Shown in pieces: positions 50,798-63,744 of a DNA stretch of 64,000 nt (its first letter is position 1; each line of letters starts with the position of its first letter). The notes below the pieces were generated by a model. The model was not told the origin of the DNA, did no database searches, and worked only from the letters and a program-made list of their open reading frames with translations. The stretch is from Mytilus trossulus (lineage: Eukaryota), in NCBI RefSeq assembly GCF_036588685.1, contig NC_086378.1, positions 54,560,001 to 54,624,000 on the forward strand, in the 5' to 3' direction. Both the position numbers and the translations under genes were made by a program.

Positions 50798-52809
50798 TAT
50801 GTTCGTCCTTAAAGATATAATTTTTATATTGTCCGTTTTAAATTTCATACCACTATCGTTATATCTATATACTCATCTATGTTTTTCTTTTCTTTTTCAA
50901 ACAAATATGAAATCGTTATATATAATATATTTTTATCATTCTATGTTCGTCTCCTTTACTTTAAACTCTCATAAACTCTCGAGAACATCACCTCAAAAAC
51001 ATGTTCAAAAGGCGACGCTTGTGCTTTTTCACGACATTTAATACATATAAAACGCCATTATTTTTTTTTAAATATGAGTAATTGGTGGTCGGTGCTGTGT
51101 GCGAGAACAAAATAACATGCTCTCATTCGGTGATTTTTCTATGCTTTCGAGAAGTATAAGAACATAAAAAATGAGCGAGTACAGTCATTTATCTTACATT
51201 TTTGTTATATTTACAAATGACAGGTTAAGCTGGCTATAAAACCTTGTTTAATCCACCATTCACTTCATTAAACAATGCCCGCAGTTAATATCCATTTGTT
51301 TGATGTGTTTGACATTTTGAATTTGATATTTGTTTAGAATCTTTCCGTTTGGAATTTTCCTCGAATTTGTTATTTTTGTTATTTTCTTTTTATGAATAAA
51401 GGCAACAGTAGTATACCGCTGTTCGAAATTCATAAATCGATTAAGAAAAAAACAAATCCGGATTACAAACTAAAACTTAAACTGTTTCACATGTACTATT
51501 CTTGACTTCTTATGTTCAACAACAAAAACAAATTAAAGATGTTATAACTATGTAACACTGCCTTGGTGATAGTAAAATAATATAGGTATAAGGAGTCCTC
51601 AATCATTTTTTCTTCTGTTCCCGGAAGTTAATCTTCATCATTTGCGCAATAATTTTCAATTTAGGAGACATTGGAAAATAAACTAAATTCACCAATAATT
51701 TTGATATATATATATTTATTATTTAAAAAATCAATATTTCATCATGACACACAATAATACACGTACAAAGGATAATCAACATCTGTCCTAAATGATTTCA
51801 AAGATAAAACAGTCAGACGCCTTTGTACATATTCTACTGTTTTATTGTGGAAATAGGGGACTTGGGGTATCCAGCTCAGACTTCTTAGCAAGTTTCAGAC
51901 AGACGTTGTCAGTTTAAACAAACTTATTTGCTAAATACCTCACTTTTATAAATGCCTTGAAGAACATTAATACAAGATGATATCTAAAAAAAGTCATGCT
52001 CAAAAGGGTATATATGAAGTTGAAAATGGAAACGGCGACAAGAGACAGAGACAGAGACAGAGACACAACAACCCGATTGAAAAACAGAAAGCCACCAATG
52101 GATCTTCGACACAGTGAGGAAACCCGATCAGAAGGCTGGTTTGAGCTGGCCTTGATACAAAAGTACATACTAGTTCAGCGAAAACGGACGTCACATTTAA
52201 CTCCAAGCAAATATATGAATTAAAATCATAAAAGCATACAGGTTAGAGGTACCTGACTTGAGACAGTGCAAAATATGCAGCAGGGTTAGATCTTGCCTCA
52301 AATATATGCTTCGCAAAAATAGATATAGTGTAATAAAAAAAGATGACATACTAAAAAGTGCATATATGACTTAGTTACGGGATAATATTTAAAATAACAT
52401 GCTAAAAGGGACAATTATACCTTGAGGGAAATCGATATGGGATAATATAAACAATGACATAAACAAAATGGCAAAGATACATGACAAATACTTAGACAAT
52501 ATTTACCAAAATATTTTTTCTTTTTTTAGAATTTATCAATGATAAAACATAAAAATATCATCTTTAAAGCTAGTCCTACAAAACCGTTATCTTCCTCAAA
52601 AACAACGTCAAATAATGATGCAAAATGGGGTTGTTGAGGGGATTGTCCTCCACGATTATGAATAATGAATATAGGTTAAATCGAATTGAATAAACTAAAT
52701 GTATTAAAATTATGATAATATTCATTTATAAGATGTTACATTGAATTTAGTGTACAATCAATGTTCAGTCGAAGATTGCACATTGTGATCAAATGTTGGT
52801 ATGCAGATG

Positions 52810-52877
52810 TTAATCATCAGGCTCATACGGGCTAGGCACTATCTCACATAGCAATTGACAAAATTCTGTTACTTTTG
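52810..52877 (-). CDS. SLC7A9: SLC7A9-like last coding exon ([22 protein letters not shown])
   Basis: tttcAG acceptor, phase 1; QLL-containing C-terminus typical of LATs; TAA at 52812-52810. Confidence 0.85.
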
Positions 52878-55800
52878 CTGAAATAAAACATAAATACTTT
52901 ATCAACAATAACATTGGGACACATTTTTAATTCATGTCTGTTTTTAATTTGTTTGCTTTATGCAAAAGGAAAACCTAAAATAAAACAAACATTTTTTTCA
53001 ATTCATTTTTACATCAAAACCATTCACACATATGACATCATACTAATTGCTCCTTGTCATATTAGTTTTAAATGCTGTTAAATTTTTATAGTATTTCTTT
53101 TTCTTATAGTAGCACGTATCGTTTGCAATATCACATGCATGTACATTTCAGTGCAGGTAAAATATATTACTTTTATGGAAGCAATACATCGTTTTTTTGT
53201 AATGTTGCATTGATTGCAGATACTTGATTATATCTGTTAAATTTGTTCGCAAATATTCTCGATTTGAGCCGAGTTACAACTTATTTTATGCACATTGCGT
53301 TGTTAGGTTTGTGTCTTATTCACTTTTACACCGCACATTCTTTTATGGTTTATCTTTGATTGAATGTCTTTCAAAAAAAGTCAATTACAGAAAAATGTGT
53401 ATATTACACAGAAAATTCTCAGACGTTTTTCATACTTACCAAATATTTTCAGTTCTATTTTGAAGAACACAAAAGGAATATAAAACAAAAGTCCACCAAT
53501 AACAAAGAGAAAGGCGTACAGGAATTCAATCTTTGGATCTTGAACAATTGGTCCAATAACCAAGTAACAAGCGATCAACACAAATACTATAGGTATTATA
53601 ATCGGTATCTGAAAAATGATTGCAAAAAGAAAATCAGTTGAAATCAAAATGTTTTTTTATTGTGGCTGAAATTTTTAGGGTATATCAAAATTATAAGATA
53701 TATCGCTGTTTTTTTTTTCTTCAAATCTGATAATACAGTATTTATGTTTTATGTAAGAACCCAGGAACAAGCGATTATTGATGATTTTCTAAATCTTCAC
53801 TCTTAAAATTAAAATATGGTGGTGTTCGGTTGTCTATATACAACTAAATGGAAAACAAATTAATAAAATTATAAATCATTGCACTAACCTTTAAAGGTCT
53901 TTCTAAATCCTTTCTTGTAAATCTTAATAGTATAAGAGAACCAACTGTTCCACCGTAGAACAGCCATGCTGTAAAACTGAAGAAGTCAATCAAACTTCCT
54001 ATATTTCCTGGTATCACCATGGCGATGCTAATTAAAGCCTATAAGTACAAACTAGTTCTTAAATATATCGACATAAATCTTTTCAATTTTTTGTTGTTAT
54101 ACTTTGGAATGTGTATTTGAATACTGTTATTTGCATTAAAAAAAGTTGTCGGAAAATTTAAACTCTTTCTATCCATTTGATTTCAGGTGTAAACCTTGTA
54201 AAATTTCCTTGGTGTTAACTCTGAAAAGAAAACGTTTGATAAACGTAAAGGTGACAGTAATCAAAACCAGAAAATATCCCTCTGTATGTTATAGCAAATG
54301 TTGATATCGGTATGGGTGTGAGTTATTTCTGTTTGTACCGTAGAGGGTTAAATGAAATGGATATCCCGCTTTTTTAAGGTCTTTAAGTTCTTAGCGAAAA
54401 AGATGGGCTATTGTTTAGATAATTAAGATGTAAAGGAGTTGTAATGTCAACTTCAATGAGACAGCATCCAGACATTAAAAGTGCATTAAAAGAAGACTAA
54501 TACTTCTTTTATATACATAGGAACTTGGTGTACAAGTGAGAGGTTTAGCTAGCTATAAAACAATACTTAATCCACTATTTTCTACAAAAGACAAATTATG
54601 AACCAAGTCATTCGCAAGATGTGTTTAAGTCTGATTTGATTTTGTCATATTATATGAAGGTATTTTTATATAAAAGTCTTTTCGTTTTAAATTCCCTTGG
54701 AGTACGTTTTTTTTTTTTATTTTACTTTTTTTGTATGATGGGAATTAAACTGTAATTGTGTCTTTATAACTAGATGTCTTTTTATCTGTTTTTTTTTCTC
54801 ATTGACATATTCTCTATTTCCCTTCTTTATTCATATGCAAATGAAATACATACAGATGCATGATGCGTACTAACTACCAGAAAATATAGAATGAGGAAAT
54901 GATTTTACATACTTAATAGTTTTTTAATACAATCTACTAACTGTAAAAACAATGGACGGCATTGGTGTGACCCGTTTACAATGTACATACGACAAAACTT
55001 CGGGTAAATGACCTTCTCTACTGGCTACGTACACAACTCTGTAACAAAATAATATTTGAAGTGAAAACATCTGTTAAGGTTACAAGAATATATGTCAAAT
55101 ACTGAAGTGAAGCATAAATTTTAATTATTAAATATTCTGTCATTTTATCTAAACTGTGATATATCAAGAGAAACAAAACAATCCGTGTAGAAAAGATTCT
55201 GAAATGAAATTTAATTAATCATCTTTTCCTCGTTTGGTAAACATTTAATTAAAAAAAAACTTAAGCATGCCATGTCAACAGGAAAAGTAAAACATACTTT
55301 TTATAATATGGCAAATATCTGTTATTGTAAACAAAACACATATCCTTTTAAGATTTTTCATATTGTATGTCAACAATGAACACATGATAGTATCACTATT
55401 GTTACAGATGAAAATAAAATCAACATTGCTTTCGAAGCACTTTTTGTATTTACCTTAATAAGAAACGCTCAAACTAAGAAATTTGAAATCAGGGGAAAGT
55501 TAATACGCTGACTTGGAAGTAGCTTTAGGATAAAAAAAAAAAAAAAAAAAAAAAGAAAAGAACTTTAACACCAGATTAGCCAAATTAATTGCAGATCAAC
55601 GTTGGCTGACGTATGTTTACATATACCCGTATATCTACTAGTATAATTGTTATACCCACTTATTTAATTGCATCAGTTTTTAGATATAGGAAGATGTGTT
55701 GTGAGTGCCAAGGAGATAACTCTCCATCCAAATAACAAATTATAAAAGTAAACCATTATAGGTCAATCATCTTAAACAACGGAAATAGAATATCATAAAA

Positions 55801-58800
55801 ACACCAGATTGAGTCTGTATATGTTATGACAAGGCATAGGTCGATGCATATGTTGGTGGACTGTTCAGTACTGGCATGAACACACGAATGTTGTTATAAA
55901 AACATTTTAAATTTCGTCAGTATTCAGCACTTCTGAGTTGACTTGGGTGTATCATTTATATGGTCATAAATGTAAATTAATTGGTTAACAGAATTTTGAA
56001 ATTTTGAAATACCAAGGTTTTTTTTTAATATTTTTTATTCGAACGGTCACTGTTGAGTCTTTTGTAGACGAAATGTGCGTGTGGCATAAATATTTTATCT
56101 AATCCTGTTATCTATGATGAGTTTATGTTATATAAAGGAATATATCTTTCATTTTCATGATTTTTAATTACAATTATTTGACCAAAGTCATCAGTGAAGA
56201 GATACTTTTATTACGAAATGCTCATCGGATGAGGACAAATTGATACCGATATTGTTATGTTATATATATGTAAATATCTTGACATAGATTACCTTCCTCC
56301 ACTGAATAGGGTACCATTAGCAGCTCCAAAAGTTGAAAATAAAACTGCTAAGGGCATGAGAATAGCTGCTCCCCCTAAAACTCTGTCTCCCCATGTCTGT
56401 AATAAATACAAATATATTTTGGCAGATTTCAGTTTATTTTATTAAATAAACTTGAAAATTTCTAATCGTTGCAGCTGAGCCTAGAAAAGCCAACAATAAA
56501 AAAAAAATATGCGTTCTATAAAAACCTTGAGCAGCCTTAAAAAGTGATGAGCGACTTTTTTGAGTCGTTCAAAGCAGCAAGTTCAATTTACACATATTGT
56601 CAGTAAAGTTATCGTGGTTAAACAGTTTTATAACTATACGAAACAACAAAAATGTATGCTTTTTCGAAATGTCGCAATTGATTTTATTTTGTAATTTTCA
56701 AATTCATTTTAATGTTAATACCGTTCAAATACGACATGCGCAGTACAATTTGCCTAAAATTGAAGTCGGTCACTGTAAAGAATAAGCAATCTCTGTTTGT
56801 TTAAAAACGGTATTTTCATTGCGGGTTGTCTGTAATTGAACACGTGGTTACGTGGAACAATCATTTGAATTGTGTCAACACACAGCGGGTGCAATCAGGT
56901 TCGGATATTCTTACTCATAAACGAAAAACTGGCAATGCTCTGGGATAACACTGCACATACCGAGTATAAAATGCACAGCTTTGCAGATGATTCAAAAAAC
57001 GAAAAACACATACTAATGAATTTAATATTCTAGTCTGCATGGCTAAATGCATTCATTTTGTTGGTGGATATTAAAGTGTTGTTAAAACTTAAGGGTATAC
57101 TTTAAAAGACACTACATTTTTAAACAATAAAATGTTTAATATCGGTATTTTATTTCTGAATATTCATTGACCTCATGAGACCAATAAAATATGTAATGCT
57201 GTTTTTAGCTATAGAAATATTAAAGATGTTGAACCATATAATAAAACAATAAAAATTATGTAACCATTATGCATAATATATGATGTCAATGAACTTCTAC
57301 TTTATACTTTTATAAATGAGACAAATAAATAACGAGGTACAATCTGCTATAAAAAAAATGTACACAATATGTAATACTTTCTCGAATAGACCACACAAAT
57401 CCAAGAAAAACAACAACCTTGATAAGGTTAAATGCAATTGGGGGACAAGGCATTTTATTTAATCCAAATGTTTTCAGTACTACCTAACATCTTACTTAGT
57501 AATTCTTATTTAAAAGTAAAATTGCACAAAAGTCATACAGTGCGTAATTTTTTCAAGAGGAAACACATATGAATTTGATGCTAATTTGACAGAATTTTTC
57601 AAAAGATAGTATGATAGATATATAGACAATTACTGTTTAGTGTCTTTAAATATCAGCTGTATTTGTATAAAGCTAGGAAACAAGGTGTATGCGAGCTTTT
57701 AGCTAGCTATTACATCCGTTTCGAGCCGAGTATAAACACGACTGATATTTAAAGACACTAAACAGTTATTGTCTTTATCCTGCAATTAATTCTGTATATT
57801 ATTTGTGTTTTGAAAGACACAAAAACACATGTTTTGCATTTATTTTCGATTTGAAATCCAGTGAGGCCCGTGTAGTAATACAATACAGTAATCACACATT
57901 CACGGGTTCGTCAAAAAAAAATCTCGAATGATCAACAACAATACATCACTCAAGGTGAATAATTATCTATGTTAACATAACTAATTTCAACAGTAAAAAC
58001 AAATGAAAAAAAAATGTCCAATTTGAAACAGGAGTGTACGAGTTGTCCTACGCTTCAGACTCGACATTCACTAATCATGCATGCTGAAACTGACATGGTT
58101 GTTTTTATTACACAATCATACACATTCAAGTTTTGAAATCGACAGTTGTCATCGTAGAAAAGACTGCTGTTCATGTATGTATGTTATCAGAAGATTGGTG
58201 TGATTCTTATTGCTCTAAAGAAATGTTTGCAAACAAACGGAACGTATAAAAGTAATCGTTAATTCCCAATGAATGCGACTCCAATACACATTCTGAGGTC
58301 ACGTAGGTTCATACAATACACGGTCCGACAGTGGGCGGAGCTTTAAAGCGATATCTGTATAGTATACATATACAGCACAGCAATATCTGTAGGCCTGTAT
58401 CTGTATAGTAGAACAACCAATTGCAGGATAAATACAGGTTAACACAGGGTGTTTAAAAATACAACAGATAATATTCCTGTTGTCAAGCAATTTACCGACC
58501 CGAGCTTCTAAAGTTTTGAATGAAATTAGCAGGTATTATAAACAATCTTCTGAAAATTCTTTAAAGGAACACACTCAATATATCATACATTGTGTAACTT
58601 TAGACAATAACTAAGGAGGTTCCTGCCTGACCTTGACAGGCACATGATCAGGAGAAAACTTATTATCTAGTATCGAAGCTTCTTCCCTTTTATTTTGATA
58701 AGTGGGATTACATTGCTAACTCTTAGATATAATGTGAGCTTACGACTGCTACTGCGTCCACAGAAAGTAGTTCTGCCGCTGTCATGGCTGTTAGATACGA

Positions 58801-61800
58801 TATGTTAGTAAGTATATACACAATAGTAACAAGTAGTACTGCTATAATGTTTGCCCTCGGAAGGTTTCTGAAATAGAGGTGATTTTACAATGCATTAATT
58901 TCTCCTAAACCTTATTTTTATTTTTGTACAGAAAATCAATGTCGTTGCATTAATGTCTTTTAAATGTTCTGTTTATTTTCAAAAAGTAGCATAGAAATGT
59001 TATATACTATAGTAAGTGTTCAATTTATGTTTGGATGTTTTTTGTTATTAGAATCGTCTGAGTGGTTGATATAATAAGTAATAATTACGAAGCATGTATG
59101 TTGTCGAATTTCAATTTTAAAGCATAGACTGAAAAATAAATGCTTGTAGAAGGTAAAATTGGGTTATGGATTTGTGTAGTTTTGGGTTTTTTTAATTTTA
59201 AGTAAACTGAACAAAGTTACGTTCATAGTGAGTTGTATATTGAAATACAGTTACATAGAAATTTAAAAATAAAACACACACTCACTTTTTAGGATCTTCT
59301 ATTTCCTCTGTGACATAATTTAAGTTATTCCTGAAATGGAAATATAGTAGGAAAATCAATGAAAATTCATCAATTTGAAGATCTCGTATTAATGACACTC
59401 ACCATTTTTTTTTCAATTTATTACAGTTAGCAAATACTTCTGCTGATGGGCTATTTTAATGTCTTAATGGATCAATAACCAAAAAGCTCAGTTCTTTGTT
59501 TAACTGGCATGAAAATGTAGACAATGTTTTTTTATCTATTGCTGTGGTTTATCTTTAGAAAATCATTTGAAATTAATGAACCGGCTCCCTCATGCATAGT
59601 TCTGATTCCTTCTTCGAATTTCGCGGTTCTTTGCACAGTCCGTCATGATTATGTCCGCTATTCAACGATTTTATTAGTTTTCGGTTTTCAAATATATTCG
59701 ATTCAATCGTCATAAATTCAATTTATTGTGTGTGGGTCCATATTCTTGACGCCAGTCTTATAACTAGTTACACCCCTAGGTCGATGACACTGCTGGTGGA
59801 CGTTTTGTCCCCGAGGGTATCACCAGCCCAGTAGTCAACATTTCGGTGTTGGCATGAATATTAATAACGTGGTCAATTTTCTGTTTACAAAACATTGATT
59901 TTTTTCGAAAACTTTAGGATTTTCTTATCCCAGGCATAGATTACCTTAGCTGTATTTGGCACAACTTTTAGAAGTTTTGGATCCTCAATGCTCTTCAACC
60001 TTAGTACTTGTTTGGCTTTATAAATATTTTGATGTGAGCGTCACTGATGAGTCTTATGTAGACGAAACGCGCATCTGGCGTACTAAATTAAAATCCTGGT
60101 ACCTTTGATAACTATTTACACCACTGGATCGATGCCACTGCTGGTTTGACGTCACCGAGGGTATCACCAGCTCAGTAGTCAACATTTTGGTGTTGACATG
60201 AATATCAATAATGTGGTAATTTTTTTTTCTGTTTACAAAAATTTAATTTTTGGAAAACTTAAGAATTTTTTTATCCCAGGAGTAGATTACCTTAGCCGTA
60301 TTTGGCACAACTTTTGGGTGCTAAATGCTCTTCAACTTTGTACTTGTTTGGCTTTATTATACCTGTTTTATGAGTCTTGTGTAGACGAAACACGCGTCTG
60401 ACGTACTTAATTATAATGCTGATACATTTGATAACTATTTGGTCTCTTTGACACATTTCCCATTTCCATTATCAATTTTACTGATTATCAAAATGTGCAT
60501 TAAGTGCCGTAAATCGAAATCATATCATGTGATCATATATGCATAGAAAATGTTAAATATCAGATTATCTACTGCAGAATAAGAACATTTAAGATTACAC
60601 ATCACCTTGTCAGAAAATATTTGTAGGTTAAGCGAGATAACTCAAACAGTACACATATCTTATTTACTGTCGTTTTTCTACATATTGTGTGCCATAAGCA
60701 TATTACGCCTTATTTGTTAGGTAAATAGTATCTGGAAAAGTCATTATGTGGTGTGAAAGTATAAAATGCTACCATAATTAAAAACGAGTAAAACAAGACG
60801 AAGCATTACAGAATTGATTTCCATCGGGGGAAAACAATCAGAAAAAAATATATTCATTTCATTATTGCTGAGAGCAAACCTTTAGAAATCCAGTGAATCC
60901 CATCAAATTGGTAATATTAGCATCATTATGAAACTCATTTTGGATTTTGAGTCTTGAATATTTTAAAGACATCGGTAATTTATACCTATTAATTTATGGA
61001 ATGGCTTAACTACACAGGATAAAATAGCACACTTGGAGTACTGTTTCAAAAAAAGAATATACTAGTATGTACTTTTTTCCGCTCTGTATTTTTACATAGC
61101 TATTACACAACTATATCAATTCATCATCTAATACATGATCTTGTTTCACATGGAATTTCTGCTCACAAGAAGTCCTCAATGATTAGGATAGTCATAAATT
61201 TCAAATGCATGCCATCCTGGATTATGTAATGTCCAATGTATTTTTAGAGGTGTTTTATTTTTGCAAAATAAATCCAGACGTATAACTTACCATCCATCGT
61301 ATGCCCACAGTGCATTGTAAAAGGCCAGGGCTATTGATGACGGGTTCGTCTCACTTCCTTTAAAGGAGTCTTGAAATTGTGAAACATGACCTGATAAGTA
61401 TAATATAAATTAACTGTTTATGAAACTTATGTCTTACGATAATTTGTACAATCTTAACAGACATATATAGCGGGAAATGAAGTTTACTAGAGGGTAGATG
61501 TCAAACACGTTTTCATCAACTTAATTATTCAGTAAAACGACTTCAGCTGACTATGCAGTATTGGTGTTGCTCATTGTCGAAGACCGAATGTTGACATATA
61601 GTCCTTGTTGATTTGTGGGGTTTTTTTGTGTCTTGTGGAGATTTGCCGTATTCGCAATCATACCACATCTACCTTTTTTATACTAAATCTCAACAATAGC
61701 GGCGAAGAGGTAATCTATATACACATAGATATATATTATAACTTATATGGGTCGCTACTGACCCCCTACGGATCCATAGAGGGTTAGTAAAATCCATAGG

Positions 61801-63744
61801 AGGTGAGGCCGGAGGTCGAATCCCCTCTGCATTTTATTCACCCTCTATGGACCCGTTGGGGATCAGTAGTTAACCGTATAACGAATTTATCGGACGCTGG
61901 ACATTTTCTGCTGCGTTTTGTTGAAAAATAAACAATGAAACACAACAACATTTAATTTATTAGAAGACGCCACCATTAACGCATCACGAACCTCCTATGA
62001 AATTTACTCACCCCCTACGGTCTCATAGGGGGTCACCACGTAACGACGTTTAACCAATCACAACGTGATAATTTACACGCAATACGATAATATAAGTTAT
62101 ACGATTCGCTACTGACCCCCTACGGATCTATAGAGGACTAGTAAAATCCATAGGGGGTGAGGCCGGAGGCCGAATCCCCTATGCATTTTATTCACCCTCT
62201 ATGGATCCGGAGGGGGTCAGTAGTTAACCGTATAACGAATTTATCGGACGCTAGACTTTTTCTGCGGCGTTTTGTTGAAAAATCATTGATAGATGACGTC
62301 GCCATTAACGCGTCATGAACCCCATATGAAACTTACTAACCCCATATGGTCTCATAGGGGTCACCACATGACGGCGTTTAACCAATCACAACGTGATAAT
62401 TTACTCGCAGTGCGATACTACCTATTAGTTTAATATAAAATCTATAGTGTTAGAGCACAATTAATCGAATCAATCTTTTAACTACGATTATCTTCAGTGC
62501 TTTTAGTTTGGCACCGGTAAAGAAGTTAAAGTCGCGTACCCTGATTGGCTTAGAATTTTACCTTGTCCCAGTCGAATCAATCCTCCAACAACAATAATCA
62601 TCAGAGCTATTAGTTTGGCACCGGTAAAGAAGACCTGCATCCTTGCCGCCAATGTTGTGTCAATACAGTTTACTACAGCAATCGTAACTACAAATAACAA
62701 GACATGTATTAAGGATGTATTTATGTGAAGTTTATTAATAAACTCATCATAGAAATCAGGACTAATTTTGTATATACGCTAGACTCGCATGACTTTTTGA
62801 CAGATGTTCAGACTCCTTGGTTTTTTCCTTCAATACAGTGTTAAATATTTTGCCCCGCAACACCCATTTTTCGTTTCATATAATATTTCAATAGCTCATT
62901 TAAATTTTATTTACCAAACTTTCAGCAAATTCTAGATTTCTTTTGTATTAATTTGAGACCCAAATAATACCAATGCGTGATCATATATTGAATGTTTTTA
63001 CTAGTAATTTTGGTGCCCTTTATAGCTTGCTGTTCGATGTGAGCCAGGGTTCTTTGTTGACGTACGTTGGCCTACAATGCTTTACTTTTACAAATTGTCA
63101 CTTGGATAGAGAGGTGTTTCATTGGCACTTATACCACACCTTCTTTAATAGATCTATATATCTATTACAACTATAGTACGAGTGTCTTTACATTTTCTAG
63201 AGAGCGACACATCGTAAAGAATGAAGCCATGTTTTATTATCTTGTTGTATATTTGGTCTTATATTTACGTACCTATTACAACTATGGCAACAAGTTTCTT
63301 TACATTTTCTGCTGGAGAGCCACAAATGGGGAAGAATGTAAGCTAGCAATGTTTTATTATCTCGTTGCATATGTGATCTAATATTAACGTACCTATTACA
63401 ATTATAGCAACGAGTTTCTTTACATTTTCTGAAGAGCCACACATCGGTAAGAATGTAGCCATGTTTTATTATCTAGTTGTATATGTGGTCTAATATTTAC
63501 GTACCTATTACAACTATGGCAACGAGTTTCTTTATATTTTCCGGAGAGCCACACATGGGGAAGAATGTAGCCATGTATTCTCCAAACGTCAATGATATGA
63601 TGGCCACCGATGATGTCCTTATTACAATAACGGAAGTCCACGCGAATAGAAATGCCATGACGTCACCATATGCTTCCTTCATATAGGCATATTCTCCACC
63701 AGACTTTCGGATCATTGTTCCAAGTTCTGAGTATGATAAAGCTC
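52810..63744 (-). CDS. SLC7A9: SLC7 family heteromeric amino acid transporter light chain, b(0,+)AT/SLC7A9-like; 10 coding exons, 5' exons outside the window
   Basis: Ten GT-AG exons (240,126,100,45,124,104,97,150,169,68 nt) join in frame to about 406 codons with LAT-family motifs [45 protein letters not shown] and the TM3-TM4 loop Cys (FPMCGSP). Assignment to SLC7A9 rather than another LAT paralog rests on recalled similarity. Confidence 0.85.
53440..53608 (-). CDS. SLC7A9: SLC7A9-like exon (IPIIIPIVF...IELKIF)
   Basis: tttcAG / GTaagt, 169 nt, phase 0-1. Confidence 0.9.
53889..54038 (-). CDS. SLC7A9: SLC7A9-like exon ([11 protein letters not shown]...LERPLK)
   Basis: ttatAG / GTtagt, 150 nt, phase 0-0. 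Confidence 0.9.
54942..55038 (-). CDS. SLC7A9: SLC7A9-like exon ([12 protein letters not shown]...PSIVFT)
   Basis: ttacAG / GTtagt, 97 nt, phase 2-0. Confidence 0.9.
55835..56240 (+). mobile_element. Decayed retrozyme-like relics
   Basis: gtcaCTGTTGAgtcttttgtagacGAAAtgtgcgt at ~56046-56080 and a second decayed core at ~56190-56226. Confidence 0.45.
56293..56396 (-). CDS. SLC7A9: SLC7A9-like exon (TWGDRVLG...TLFSGGR)
   Basis: ttacAG / GTaatc, 104 nt, phase 0-2. Confidence 0.9.
57625..58432. mobile_element. Palindrome-containing non-autonomous element in an SLC7 intron
   Basis: ctgtttagtgtctttaaatatcag / ctgatatttaaagacactaaacag hairpin (57625-57773) plus tttatcctgcaatt / aattgcaggataaa inverted pair. 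Confidence 0.5.
58744..58867 (-). CDS. SLC7A9: SLC7A9-like exon (NLPRANII...DAVAV)
   Basis: tttcAG / GTaagc, 124 nt, phase 2-0. Confidence 0.9.
59286..59330 (-). CDS. SLC7A9: SLC7A9-like exon ([15 protein letters not shown])
   Basis: tttcAG / GTgagt, 45 nt, phase 2-2. Confidence 0.9.
59761..60437 (+). mobile_element. Older retrozyme-like array (~2 diverged units) in an SLC7 intron
   Basis: Reverse-complement similarity to the 358-bp unit; one hammerhead core retained, the second partly deleted. Confidence 0.8.
60038..60081 (+). ncRNA. Type I hammerhead ribozyme, stem III mismatch
   Basis: GCGTCA-CTGATGA-GTCTtatgtAGAC-GAAA-CGCGCA-TC-TGGCGT; the G>A change gives an AUC triplet and breaks one stem III pair. 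Confidence 0.7.
61291..61390 (-). CDS. SLC7A9: SLC7A9-like exon ([10 protein letters not shown]...LWAYDGW)
   Basis: atcAG / GTaagt, 100 nt, phase 1-2. Confidence 0.9.
61736..62416. repeat. Two tandem copies (354-bp offset) of a palindromic element
   Basis: Each copy has a ctactgaccccc...ggggtcagtag-type hairpin around gaggccggaggccga. Confidence 0.75.
62562..62687 (-). CDS. SLC7A9: SLC7A9-like exon (VTIAVVNC...IRLGQ)
   Basis: ttgtAG / GTaaaa, 126 nt, phase 1-1. Confidence 0.9.
63187..63575 (-). repeat. Tandem duplication (112-120 bp unit) of an SLC7 exon 3' end plus splice donor
   Basis: cgtacctattacaa(c/t)tat(g/a)gcaac at ~63268, ~63388 and ~63500. Confidence 0.85.
63505..63744 (-). CDS. 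SLC7A9: SLC7A9-like exon ([10 protein letters not shown]...KKLVAIVVI)
   Basis: tttcAG acceptor, GTacgt donor, 240 nt, phase 1-1. Confidence 0.9.

Noticed and set aside
51914-52223. ORFs containing RDRDRD / SLSLSL / CLCLCL
   Set aside because: Translations of an (AGAGAC)n microsatellite.
63067-63686. Several overlapping ORFs on both strands
   Set aside because: Alternative frames of the SLC7 exon and its tandem copies.
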